From a virus: 64,000 bases of DNA. Positions 7,769-16,856 of this stretch are shown here, piece after piece (position 1 is the stretch's first letter; each line of letters starts with the position of its first letter). The DNA is taken from the IMG/VR virus record IMGVR_UViG_3300031857_000034, positions 32,001 through 96,000 of that record. The stretch is one strand, 5' to 3'. Under the pieces are notes generated by a model. The model was not told where the DNA came from, did no database searches, and saw nothing but the letters and a program-made list of their open reading frames with translations. The position numbers and the translations under genes are program-made.

Positions 7769-10438
7769 TTAGGTCACTCCGGTGCCGTTGATCATCCAAA
7801 CATTCGCTGCCACATTCAGCAGGCTGGCCATGCCATAGGTAGAAATAGTTCTGTTGCCAGCAGTGCTGTTACCTGCTAGATATAAACTCACGCCCGAGCC
7901 CTGTGCAATAGTGATAGTGCCCGTGCCGCGATTGACCACTGTGATAGCCGTACCTACTTGGAAAACCTGACTGGAATTGTTAGCAATGGTCAGAACATAG
8001 TTGGTGCTTTCTGTTGAATAAAAATGCTTGCCGGCATCTGCAGCTGCTATGGTTGCATTGCCTGTGAAACTGACCTGTGGAATATCTCTGTAGCCTATAG
8101 CAAAGCCTGCTATATTACCAGACACGTTGCCTGCGGTGATAATGTTTCCACCTGTGATGTTGCCAGTTACACTGATAGCATTACCATAGGTGATTTCTTT
8201 TGATGTGATATTATAGAACACGACTTCAGCCACATTGGCCACATCATTGCGTATGGGTGCCACTGTGAATGTATTGGCAGTGGTTTGATTAAGTATGCCA
8301 CCAGTGGCATTGATGATGATCGAATTGTTGCCCTGATTGGTGTCGCCGGCTGCTCGACCCAGGGCTACCGCATATTCGCCTTGTGTGATTCGACCAGCTC
8401 CGTCACCTACGGCCACTGCTGAGACGCCTTGTGTGTCGGTACCAGCCATTTCACCAATGGCCACTGCTGAACCACCTTGGGTGTTGTTACCAGCTTGGTA
8501 GCCTATGGCCACTGCATAGATGTCTTGATTTTCCCCTCCAGCCCGGTAACCAATAGCCACTGAATCGCCGCCTTGATCAGTCTCGCCGGCCTCTAAGCCA
8601 ATGGCTATAGCACCACTGCTCTGCCCTGAAAACCCTGCTTCTTGACCAATGGCCACTGCGTAGGCACCTTGTGCGTTGCCGGCTTCTCGACCAATGGCCA
8701 CTGCTCCAATGCCTTGTGAGGTTATGGCAGCTTGAAAGCCCAGGGCCACTGCATAGTTGCCTTGTGATGTTTCACCAGCTTGTTGTCCAATGGCCACTGC
8801 ATCACCTGCGGTGTCTCGTATCATAGCACCGTTGGTGAGTGTGATCTTGCCAGTGTTGACGTTGCCGCCTGTGATGTTACCGGTGGCACTGACATTACCT
8901 GCTGTGATGTTGCCTGTGTATGTGGGCAGATATGCAGCAACATTGACATTGCTATAAGCAGCAGGTAATCCTGTAAGTTGTGATCCGTTGCCAATAAAAT
9001 AGTTGGCAGTGATGTTGCCCGTGGTAGTGATTGCGGCATTTGACCCGTTGGATAGCACTGTCTGTCCACCAATGGTCAATCCGTTGGCACTGGTAACTGC
9101 CAGTGGCACATTGCCGAGATAAATGGTATTGTTACTGACATAAAGATCATTCCATTGATTTGTTACATTACCCAGACTACGGCTACCGTTGGCCACTGGA
9201 ATGATGTCGCCAGGAACTAGAAAAATACCTTCGCCCGAAAATTTCCAAAAGTAATTTTGGCTGTTGCCATCAAAAGTTATAATTCTAGCAAAGTTATTGG
9301 AACCGTCATTAGCAGTTAGTTCAAACTGTGCTAGTCTTTCATCTTCTGATTCGGCGACTATTTGAATATAGGTACTCTCTGGACCATTGTAGCCTAGATT
9401 TATCGTGGCTTCTGCTATGGTGTTGTTGGCCACTTGCAAAGACATTTCACCTGTGCCTTCAGCATAGATAGTGGACACCGGGGGACAATGCATGGCGCCG
9501 CTATTGATGAAAAACCAAGTTTCAGATCCGCTGGTGATCTCAACGTTACCGTTATCGAAGATCACAATGTTGGATGTGCCATTGGATATTCTGTCTATGC
9601 CCGACAGTTGCCTACCGTTGCCTAAAATATAAGATCCTGAAATGTTAGCATTGGTAGTGACATTGCCTGTCAATAATGCTAGATTGCCACTGTAAGTGGG
9701 AAGATAGTTGGCCACGTTAGCGTTACTATATCCATCCACCACAGATATATTACTCAATAGTCCGCCATCTCCAACAAAGTAATTGGCTGTGATGTAACCT
9801 GTGGCTGTGAGATTGCCTGAGTAGTCAAAAACCCAATCACCACTGTTGGTGTCGATCTTGACATTGCCTCTGTTGGCAAAATTAAAAATATTTAAACTGA
9901 ACGAGTTGGCGGCTGCGTCATCGGGTATGGTAATACCCGCTAGGCCAGAAGCACCGTTGGGCCTGATAGCGATAGCTGTTTCGGATGCGCCGTTGGCCAA
10001 CTCAATGGTGGCACCATCAAAGTAGATATTGCCTATGCGATCGCTGGCTTCAGGCACTGGTTCAAATACTATGGCCGTTACACCAATCACAACGGGATTG
10101 GGCGTGGTCAATGTCCAAGTGGTCTGTGCATAATCTGCACCTTCGGTGACGGCCACAGTCAATCCTGAGTTCACTGCGGAACTCAATCCAGAATTGATAT
10201 TGACCCAGTCTGGTGCAGGCACCAACAATGTCTGCGCAGCATTGACCTGATATATGCCGTTTTCGGTGGCATTGGTCTGTGCTGTCAACAACACACGATC
10301 ATAGGGATCTAACACCACTGCGTCAATGACCAGTGCGCCAGGGCTGGCTAGATTGATGTTTGAGTCAGATAAAGCACGAACCGCCTGTTTCCAGTCGATG
10401 TCGTATACTTGGTATGCGCGGGGTTTTGTTGCTGGCAT
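7769..10438 (-). CDS. Tail fibre protein with YadA-head-like repeats
   Basis: DRVLLTAQTNATENGIY N-terminus, TGNIT repeats, ~12 x 14-aa AVAIGxxAG repeats, IGYRDIPQ...WMINGTG C-terminus. Confidence 0.8.
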   Translation of the reverse strand: MPATKPRAYQVYDIDWKQAVRALSDSNINLASPGALVIDAVVLDPYDRVLLTAQTNATENGIYQVNAAQTLLVPAPDWVNINSGLSSAVNSGLTVAVTEGADYAQTTWTLTTPNPVVIGVTAIVFEPVPEASDRIGNIYFDGATIELANGASETAIAIRPNGASGLAGITIPDDAAANSFSLNIFNFANRGNVKIDTNSGDWVFDYSGNLTATGYITANYFVGDGGLLSNISVVDGYSNANVANYLPTYSGNLALLTGNVTTNANISGSYILGNGRQLSGIDRISNGTSNIVIFDNGNVEITSGSETWFFINSGAMHCPPVSTIYAEGTGEMSLQVANNTIAEATINLGYNGPESTYIQIVAESEDERLAQFELTANDGSNNFARIITFDGNSQNYFWKFSGEGIFLVPGDIIPVANGSRSLGNVTNQWNDLYVSNNTIYLGNVPLAVTSANGLTIGGQTVLSNGSNAAITTTGNITANYFIGNGSQLTGLPAAYSNVNVAAYLPTYTGNITAGNVSATGNITGGNVNTGKITLTNGAMIRDTAGDAVAIGQQAGETSQGNYAVALGFQAAITSQGIGAVAIGREAGNAQGAYAVAIGQEAGFSGQSSGAIAIGLEAGETDQGGDSVAIGYRAGGENQDIYAVAIGYQAGNNTQGGSAVAIGEMAGTDTQGVSAVAVGDGAGRITQGEYAVALGRAAGDTNQGNNSIIINATGGILNQTTANTFTVAPIRNDVANVAEVVFYNITSKEITYGNAISVTGNITGGNIITAGNVSGNIAGFAIGYRDIPQVSFTGNATIAAADAGKHFYSTESTNYVLTIANNSSQVFQVGTAITVVNRGTGTITIAQGSGVSLYLAGNSTAGNRTISTYGMASLLNVAANVWMINGTGVT

Positions 10439-10440
10439 AA

Positions 10441-10476
10441 GCTGTTTCCAATTTACAACTATTTAGCGGAAACAGC
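10441..10476 (-). promoter_or_regulatory. RBS-sequestering hairpin with late promoter TAAATA in its loop
   Basis: gctgtttcc / ggaaacagc 9-bp inverted repeat; the minus-strand 3' arm contains GGA and ends 2 nt before ATG 10438; tattta at 10460-10465. Confidence 0.7.
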
Positions 10477-10493
10477 GGTTGGTACCAGGTGTG

Positions 10494-11237
10494 CTACTTA
10501 AATGACGGTCCTGTGATCCAGGCCACAAGGCTGTATCTAGTGCCCTTGGTCACGGGCGTTACCCTGTGTAGCACATAGCTGGGAAACACTGCAATAAATC
10601 CCTGGTCTTTAGATGGCTTGGTTGGTTCTTCACCAAAGTACAGTTCCAATTCGCCACCCTTGTAGTCCTTGGGGTCGGATAACTGCAGTGTAAAGCTTAG
10701 TTTGCGTGTCCAGGTATTGAGTCCACGGTCCACGTGCTGATTATATTTGCCACCAGGAGCATCATAGCGTGTAAACTGAAATCCTTCGATAAAGCCAAAC
10801 AGATCAAACTTGAAAAATCTAGAATTCAAATCAACGATAATGTCTGTGACGCGCCTAAACATCCAATCGCTGTCATCGTTGGGCATGATCCAAGCAGTTT
10901 TGCTGTCTCGGATTTTGGTATCCACTTGATTACCGCGGATACGTGCATCTTCTACCAAGCGACTATTGCCTATCTCAACTATTTTTTGACAGTCTTCGGG
11001 TGAAAATGCGCCTTGGAAATATGCCCAATCTTCCACGTGATCAAGCTGGAAGGGCCATACAGTAGAAGGCTGTTGTATTTTTAATACACTTGGTGAAGAC
11101 TCTGTCTTGGATGTGTTATCCGCAGTTTTTTCTGTGGACACTGCCAGTGTTTTTTTAACTCGCGGAGTTTTTACTGTTTTGATTTCTTTAGACGGCATAG
11201 TGCCGTTTTGTTCGGCTTGAGCAAGTTTCTTAGGCAT
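10494..11237 (-). CDS. 2OG-Fe(II) oxygenase (PKHD/P4Hc-type)
   Basis: HVD, RKLSFTLQLS, YKGGEL, FPSYVLHRVTPVTKGTRYSLVAW. Confidence 0.9.
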   Translation of the reverse strand: MPKKLAQAEQNGTMPSKEIKTVKTPRVKKTLAVSTEKTADNTSKTESSPSVLKIQQPSTVWPFQLDHVEDWAYFQGAFSPEDCQKIVEIGNSRLVEDARIRGNQVDTKIRDSKTAWIMPNDDSDWMFRRVTDIIVDLNSRFFKFDLFGFIEGFQFTRYDAPGGKYNQHVDRGLNTWTRKLSFTLQLSDPKDYKGGELELYFGEEPTKPSKDQGFIAVFPSYVLHRVTPVTKGTRYSLVAWITGPSFK

Positions 11238-11267
11238 ACTTTTAATTAGTATCCAGTATGCCTAAGA
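11228..11267 (-). promoter_or_regulatory. 13-bp hairpin covering the oxygenase start codon, TAATTA in loop
   Basis: tcttaggcatact / agtatgcctaaga perfect inverted repeat including the ATG (11235-11237). Confidence 0.65.
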
Positions 11268-11287
11268 TATTTTTTTTTTGGCTGCTG

Positions 11288-11635
11288 TTATTCAGGAATC
11301 TGATCCCAAGATGTAGTGCCTTCGTTCCATTCGTAACGATTGCCATCTGTGGGATAAGCCACTGGTGCATTCCAAAGACAAGTATCCTCATCCAAGACCC
11401 AACTGTTGTGGGGTTTGGGCGGAATAAAAGCATCGCGGCCTGCATCATAACTGTAGCCAATACCTGCATAATTTTTACGCAAGGGGCGACCTTCGGGGTG
11501 TTGCCCAGCGTGTGTGTTGTAACTGGTTTGTACCCAGTCTGCGGCATTGCCCACTGCGCCAGAATTGATAAAATCCTGTTCGGCTACAATAACTTGGGTA
11601 ACAATACCGCCTTCAATTTTAGCGAAATGTGACAT
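11288..11635 (-). CDS. Small fibre-associated phage protein
   Basis: MSHFAK..IVTQVIV, WVQTSYN, RKNYAGIGYSYD, FIPPKP..SW, W.APV.YP pattern; GGAGG SD and TATAAATA (11671-11678). Confidence 0.75.
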   Translation of the reverse strand: MSHFAKIEGGIVTQVIVAEQDFINSGAVGNAADWVQTSYNTHAGQHPEGRPLRKNYAGIGYSYDAGRDAFIPPKPHNSWVLDEDTCLWNAPVAYPTDGNRYEWNEGTTSWDQIPE

Positions 11636-11687
11636 TAATTTCTCCTCCGTGAGTTATTTATTAAGATTTCTATTTATAATTGAAAAT

Positions 11688-12521
11688 TTATGTTATCACT
11701 ACTTCATCAAGCAGCAGCGTAGATCCTAACACTGTACCGCCCGTGGCGTCGTAGGATCCGCAGACAAAACAAAAATAGTAGTAGCCTGCTTGCCCAGAAC
11801 CTATCACAGTGCTGGACTGCACCCAACCAGAATCCGTTCCTGCAGCCGAAGCAGTTTGATTTAAAAGAGTAATATACTGTCCTGTGGAGGTAAAAGCGTA
11901 TGCTCTTACACAGTAAGCGTCGCTAGTTGAAGGGTTTCCTGTATCGTAGGCTCGCCAGTAAAACGATAGAGTTTGACCCACATTGGCTATCACGGGATTG
12001 GTGCTGTAGATATAAGGCCCGTATAGAATGTTATAACCAAATGCAGCATCCATGTCAGCTGTGCTTTGCATGACAGCACCGTACAATAATCCCCCTGGCG
12101 GTCCAGCCGGGACTCCTGGAGAACTGTACAATGATACACTGCTGGTGTATGTGGGTCCAGATTGAAAGAGATTACAGGTATCCCCGGGACTGCTGTAAGG
12201 ATCAGGATCAGGATCAGGCGGTGCAGCCACACCATTGATCACGGTAGGAGTATTACCTGAACTGTTGAATCTAAATCGGCTATTGACAAAATTCCAACCA
12301 GTGGTAGTGCCGGTTTCAAATCCTGGATTGGTAAATTCTGGCGTAGGCACATTGCCCGACAATGCCTTGCCATAAAAACTGCCATATCCTATTGGACCAG
12401 TAAACACATTGGCTAGATACCTGGCCGACGAACTGCCAAGCGCAAAAGTAGTGGTAGCAGTATTGCCTAACTCCACGTTGATCATTCCTGCGCCAATGGC
12501 ACCGGACACAGGCAGCGTCAT
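11688..12521 (-). CDS. Putative fibre-tip adhesin (gp38-like position)
   Basis: MTLPVSGAIG..INVELG N-terminus typical of proteins following S74-chaperoned fibres; NPGFETG..GW carbohydrate-binding-like motif. Confidence 0.6.
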   Translation of the reverse strand: MTLPVSGAIGAGMINVELGNTATTTFALGSSSARYLANVFTGPIGYGSFYGKALSGNVPTPEFTNPGFETGTTTGWNFVNSRFRFNSSGNTPTVINGVAAPPDPDPDPYSSPGDTCNLFQSGPTYTSSVSLYSSPGVPAGPPGGLLYGAVMQSTADMDAAFGYNILYGPYIYSTNPVIANVGQTLSFYWRAYDTGNPSTSDAYCVRAYAFTSTGQYITLLNQTASAAGTDSGWVQSSTVIGSGQAGYYYFCFVCGSYDATGGTVLGSTLLLDEVVIT

Positions 12522-12838
12522 ACAGGATCCCCGTAGGCATATCTCAGATATAATCTTCCAGGCTGTCCAGGAAACGGATCACCAAAGATTTCACTAGACA
12601 CTGCCAAGGCAGCAGAATTTTGATTGGCAAAAACATTGGCCACTACAGCACGGCTGGATCGGCAGTTATTGTTGCCATATTCAAAATTGGGTGCCAGTCC
12701 CCCAGGATTGCCGTAACTGGCAAATACTAAAATGTTGAAAATTTTACCTGCGGGTGCTGCTAACGTAAGCACATCGCCGTCATCTGCTTGAGCACATACA
12801 GTATTACCTGCTGCGTCTTGTGTTACTATCACTGTCAT
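12518..12838 (-). CDS. SUEL/rhamnose-galactose-binding lectin-like protein, Cys-poor
   Basis: LxxPxGK..I..FASYGxP.G and FGDPxPG..RLYxxY match the SUEL (Gal_Lectin) layout; ATGA overlaps at both ends. Confidence 0.7.
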   Translation of the reverse strand: MTVIVTQDAAGNTVCAQADDGDVLTLAAPAGKIFNILVFASYGNPGGLAPNFEYGNNNCRSSRAVVANVFANQNSAALAVSSEIFGDPFPGQPGRLYLRYAYGDPV

Positions 12839-15354
12839 AGTTTGCGTTTGATATCATTGATTTCTTGACGTAACTCTTTGATGGCAGCAATAATCAATGG
12901 AGCAAATCTTTCATACTTGACTGTGAGATATCCGTCACCTATGGGTGCATCGGCTATGATCTCAGGCACTACATTGGCCACTTCTTGTGCCGACACACCA
13001 AGATCGCGATGTCGGGTATAACCATAGGTATTGACTGCTATGTCATTGGGCTCAAAGTAGAATGTGGTCAACTGATCAACTTTGTCCAGTGCGTTTTCTA
13101 TATTGCCCAATCTTGTTTTGAGCCTATCGTCTGAGAAGTATGCAATGATATTGCCTGTGGCCACAATCTCGCCATTGGTACCCGAAGGTGCAGTACCAAC
13201 ACCCAGTTGATTGACTTGTATATTGCCGTTTACTGTTGTGCTGTAAGTGACTTCCTTGGTACTGTTGTTGTATTGTAATATGCCTGCGTTGCCCGATGTG
13301 TTTCTAATAGGTGCTACCACAAACGAATTGGCCGTGGTGTTATTTAGATTGGCCCCTGTGCCGTTCAACACTATGGAATTGTTGGCTTGATTCACACGAC
13401 CTGCGCGGAAACCAATGGCTATGGAATTGGTTCCTTGGCTGTTGCCGCCGGCTTCTGCACCAATGGCTATGGCACCGGCCAGTTGTGTATTTTGTCCAGC
13501 ACCTATGCCAATGGCCACTGTGTAATAGTCTTGGGCAACATTGCCTGCGTTCACTCCAATGGCCACCGCAGTCTGGCTTTGTGTGGCCCCACCTGCTCCA
13601 GTGCCCAGAGCTATGTAATTGTTAGCCACTCCTGTCCAAGCTGTGTTCTGATAGGTGCCATCACCAAATGTTATTCGATCTGTCACTGCAATATTACCAC
13701 CAGAAATGTTGGATGTGAATATGCCGGATAAACCAAACACATTGGCCACAGCCACAATATTGCCAGAAGCAGTGATATTGCCATTGGCAGTGCCACTGGT
13801 AGAGATAGATCTAAATCCTGAAAGAGTGGCCGCAGGACTAGCACTTGTTGCCACGATGCTGTTTTCTACTATGAAATTTGCTGCACGAACATTGCCGGTG
13901 GTTGTGATGTTGCCTGCTGAGATGTTGCCTGTGTATGTAGGCAAGTAGTAGTCTACATTGGCATTGGAATAGCCGTTGGCAAAACCAAGATATTCTCCGT
14001 TGGCCACAACAAACTGGCCATCATAGGTGTTGCCTTGTAAATCTTCCAAGTATAATTTGTCAATACCTGCCATGATCAACACACCGCTATTGGCCAGTTC
14101 TGTGTTGCCAATAGTGGCTGTCTGCAGCCGGATGTTGCCTGCCACAGTCAGGGTATTGGTGTCAGTTGAATTTGCTCCTTGATAGATGTTAAGGCTTAGA
14201 TTGCTGATTCTAATGTTGGGTGCTGCAATATTTGAAGTGTCATAGACAAAATCATCTACACCGTACAAGGCGGTGCCATTGGAATTGTACTGGAAAGACC
14301 CTGGGGAATTTCCCGGGGTTGCCGATATGTTTTGGAACTCCACACCGTTGGCACCGTCGCTGATCAATGCTTGACCAATGTTGCCTCCAGGTATGCGCAG
14401 ATTGGCCACACTGGAAAACACAGCCAGGCCAGTGACATTAGATGTGACCGTCGTTAGGGCACCGCTGATGGAGACATTGCCAGCAGAAATATTACCGGTG
14501 TAGGAAACCAAGTAATTGGCCACATTGGCATTTGAATAACTGCTGGTAACGATGCCTGACAGGAATGCTCCATTGCCCAGCACATAACTGGCAGAGATAT
14601 TGGCTGTGGTAGTGACATTGCCAGCAAGACTATCCAAATTGCCCGAATACACAGGCAAGTAATTGGCCACATTAGCATTACTATATGCCGACGATAGTCC
14701 TGTGATAAAAGCACCGTTGCCTAAAATATAAGCAGCAGAAATATTAGCAGTGGTCGTGACATTGCCTGTCAATGACACTAGATTACCGGTATATGTTGGT
14801 AGATAACTTGGTAGATAAGCTGCCACATTGGCATTGCCGTACAGCACATTTGCACCAGCAAGATTGAGATATGACACTGCTCGGATGTTGCCAGCTGTGA
14901 TGTTGCCGTTGGTTGCGATATTGGCCGAGCCAATGTTGGCTGATGTGATATTGGCAAAAGTTGCTGTCACGCGATTTGACGAAACATTATTTGCTATAAG
15001 ATTACCTTTTCCTGCACCAGTTATGGTAATGTTGCCTGTCATTGCAACTGCATTATTTGCTTCATCAACAGTAAACTCATCAGATACTGCTGCGTTACCG
15101 CCTGGGGCTTTGTATAAAATTCCGTAATCGGTTCCGCTGGGCAAAACAACATTGCCTGTGATGTTGGCATAGATATTGCCGCCCAGTCCTACGATATTAC
15201 CATAAACTACTAAATTTGCAGACTGAAAAACAGTGTCTTTGTTGCCGCGGCGAACTGTGACAAGTGAATTTGACGTGGAGTCAAAATATTGCCAATTTTC
15301 ACTGGCGCCGGTCCAGAAATTAAAATTACCGGTAACTCTTTTAGATGAAGGCAT
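12835..15354 (-). CDS. Tail fibre with C-terminal intramolecular chaperone (peptidase S74)
   Basis: ATGNIIAYFSDDRLK..IENALDKV, GVSAQEV..VVPE, YLTVKYERFAPLIIAAIKEL; also YadA-like AIGxxAG repeats. Confidence 0.9.
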   Translation of the reverse strand: MPSSKRVTGNFNFWTGASENWQYFDSTSNSLVTVRRGNKDTVFQSANLVVYGNIVGLGGNIYANITGNVVLPSGTDYGILYKAPGGNAAVSDEFTVDEANNAVAMTGNITITGAGKGNLIANNVSSNRVTATFANITSANIGSANIATNGNITAGNIRAVSYLNLAGANVLYGNANVAAYLPSYLPTYTGNLVSLTGNVTTTANISAAYILGNGAFITGLSSAYSNANVANYLPVYSGNLDSLAGNVTTTANISASYVLGNGAFLSGIVTSSYSNANVANYLVSYTGNISAGNVSISGALTTVTSNVTGLAVFSSVANLRIPGGNIGQALISDGANGVEFQNISATPGNSPGSFQYNSNGTALYGVDDFVYDTSNIAAPNIRISNLSLNIYQGANSTDTNTLTVAGNIRLQTATIGNTELANSGVLIMAGIDKLYLEDLQGNTYDGQFVVANGEYLGFANGYSNANVDYYLPTYTGNISAGNITTTGNVRAANFIVENSIVATSASPAATLSGFRSISTSGTANGNITASGNIVAVANVFGLSGIFTSNISGGNIAVTDRITFGDGTYQNTAWTGVANNYIALGTGAGGATQSQTAVAIGVNAGNVAQDYYTVAIGIGAGQNTQLAGAIAIGAEAGGNSQGTNSIAIGFRAGRVNQANNSIVLNGTGANLNNTTANSFVVAPIRNTSGNAGILQYNNSTKEVTYSTTVNGNIQVNQLGVGTAPSGTNGEIVATGNIIAYFSDDRLKTRLGNIENALDKVDQLTTFYFEPNDIAVNTYGYTRHRDLGVSAQEVANVVPEIIADAPIGDGYLTVKYERFAPLIIAAIKELRQEINDIKRKL

Positions 15355-15399
15355 ATCTGCTTGTGATCCTAGTTTGTATTATTTAGTAGTTTGGAAATG

Positions 15400-15434
15400 T
15401 AAAAAAATCCCCGTATCTTGCGATGTCGGGGATT
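15400..15434 (-). terminator. Rho-independent terminator
   Basis: Minus strand aatccccgacatc-gcaa-gatacggggatt followed by a T run. Confidence 0.75.
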
Positions 15435-15455
15435 CTTTGCAGTAGAACCAGTGCT

Positions 15456-15947
15456 TTAGGCGCTGGGAATCTGGACGATGTCAAATCTACCGCTGGTGCC
15501 CGAACCGTCGGGCTGTACTGTAGCGTTGGCGCTGGCAAATGTCAGATAGTGACCAACGTTGCTGAAATCCACACCATAGTTGTTTTGGATATACTGCATG
15601 GTAACATTGGCAGCACTGGCATCTGTGGCAACAATGGCCATTTGATTTTCTGTCAATGCAGCAACATCATCAGTATTGACCAACACACAGATATTGGCAT
15701 AGGCCTGTGTGGTATCTGTGGTCAGTGTGACCAGGAACTTGCGCTTGCCTTTTTGGCGGATGATGTATGCTTCACCTGCGCCTGCACCTGGTACGTTGGC
15801 CAGTACATTAGCAGCGAGATAAAATGTATCACTGACCGATGTATTACCACCAACAACACCAACGTTGGGCGTGGATGTAGGATAACCGATGTCGATCTGC
15901 ACGGATTGAGCAGTGTTGTATTTTGCGATTTTGAGTGGGCGTCCCAT
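15456..15947 (-). CDS. Probable virion structural protein (MGRPLKI...)
   Basis: 163-aa ORF with AAGGAG SD, late promoter at 16023-16028 and its own terminator; YIIRQKGKRKFLV motif. Confidence 0.65.
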   Translation of the reverse strand: MGRPLKIAKYNTAQSVQIDIGYPTSTPNVGVVGGNTSVSDTFYLAANVLANVPGAGAGEAYIIRQKGKRKFLVTLTTDTTQAYANICVLVNTDDVAALTENQMAIVATDASAANVTMQYIQNNYGVDFSNVGHYLTFASANATVQPDGSGTSGRFDIVQIPSA

Positions 15948-16045
15948 TTATTTCTCCTTGTTTAGATTGGGCTGACGTTCTAGGTCATACGCAGGGACCT
16001 GCATAAGTCTTGAGCGACTAGATATTTAGCGTTCTGGAGTAGAAA

Positions 16046-16324
16046 TCAAGGAGTGACCACAGTCATTTGCTGGGTCACAGGATCATAGTACAGTGGATAG
16101 GATCCTGCAGGAACCACATTGCCTGCGGACACAGCAATGCCACTGGCAACCAAGGTCAACTGGCCAAGGCTGTTGCCTATGTAAAGATTGGTAGTACCTT
16201 GTGCTACTACCAGTTCTCCAGGTCTGGCATTGCCATTGTAGTCCACGATAGACACCTGCGCATTGTCTTTCATGACAGCTCGGGTGATGCCAGTTATATC
16301 AGTATAAGGAGGAGGATTAGACAT
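16046..16324 (-). CDS. Small putative virion protein
   Basis: MSNPPPYTDITG...ARPGELVV..TTNLYIG, a fibre-N-terminal-like GEL motif; start placed at ATG 16324. Confidence 0.6.
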   Translation of the reverse strand: MSNPPPYTDITGITRAVMKDNAQVSIVDYNGNARPGELVVAQGTTNLYIGNSLGQLTLVASGIAVSAGNVVPAGSYPLYYDPVTQQMTVVTP

Positions 16325-16335
16325 TTGATTAAAAC

Positions 16336-16467
16336 TTAAACAGCAGTGTTCATGGCTTCTCGAAGTTGCTGTCTTGCATCGCGCCAACTTGTAGCAGTGA
16401 TAACAAAATCTCTGTATTCTATGTTGCCGTTGATTCTAACTTGTGCGCGAAAGTTATAGGTCTTCAT
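16336..16467 (-). CDS. Small hypothetical protein (43 aa), below ORF-track cutoff
   Basis: MKTYNFRAQVRINGNIEYRDFVITATSWRDARQQLREAMNTAV; AAGGA SD and TAAATA (16491-16496) upstream. Confidence 0.6.
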   Translation of the reverse strand: MKTYNFRAQVRINGNIEYRDFVITATSWRDARQQLREAMNTAV

Positions 16468-16507
16468 TGCAATTCCTTGGTATGAACTAATATTTATTAC
16501 CAATACA

Positions 16508-16533
16508 ACAAAAAGCCCCTTGCGGGGCTCTTT
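16508..16533 (-). terminator. Rho-independent terminator
   Basis: Minus strand agcccc-gcaa-ggggct-tttgttg directly after the stop at 16533. Confidence 0.75.
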
Positions 16534-16754
16534 TACTGCTGGCTTACAAACCGGTTGAGTTTTTCGGCTTCTGCTATCACTGTGTCTGTGCTAGGAAAAT
16601 CCGGCAGTGCAGGAAAGTGGGCAGACTTGTCGCTTTCAAATCGGCTGTGGAATTCCTGGATCAGTGCATCGCGGCGCTGGAAGATGGGTGTTACCAGCAC
16701 TTCGTTGGCCAGTTTGAGTAGTTCGAGACGGATCTCGTAAGGTGTTTTGCTCAT
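16533..16754 (-). CDS. Small T4-like phage protein (MSKTPYEIRLELLK...)
   Basis: AAAGGAG SD before ATG 16754, TAAGTA at 16801-16806; PYEIRLELL..A and AEKLN.FVS pattern. Confidence 0.7.
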   Translation of the reverse strand: MSKTPYEIRLELLKLANEVLVTPIFQRRDALIQEFHSRFESDKSAHFPALPDFPSTDTVIAEAEKLNRFVSQQ

Positions 16755-16824
16755 GATAGACTCCTTTCTGTGTGATGTGTATGTGCTACACGAGCAACAA
16801 TACTTAGCGGTAGATTTTCTAGTC

Positions 16825-16856
16825 AAAAAAAAAAGGCACATTTCTGTGCCTTCTTT
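16825..16856 (-). terminator. Terminator after the major capsid gene
   Basis: Minus strand aaggcaca-gaaa-tgtgcc followed by ~10 T. Confidence 0.85.

Noticed and set aside
8320-8810. 42-nt periodic repeats (caatggccactgc) resembling an array
   Set aside because: In-frame 14-aa YadA-like coding repeats, not CRISPR repeat-spacer units; no cas genes.
11270-11279. Homopolymer tracts (T10 here, A10 near 16825) as phase-variation switches
   Set aside because: Both are intergenic; the 16825 tract is a terminator U-tract, and there is no evidence of length variation.
7024-15354. Possible diversity-generating retroelement or invertible fibre cassette
   Set aside because: No reverse transcriptase or recombinase in the window, and no adenine-specific TR/VR pair or flanking inverted sites seen.
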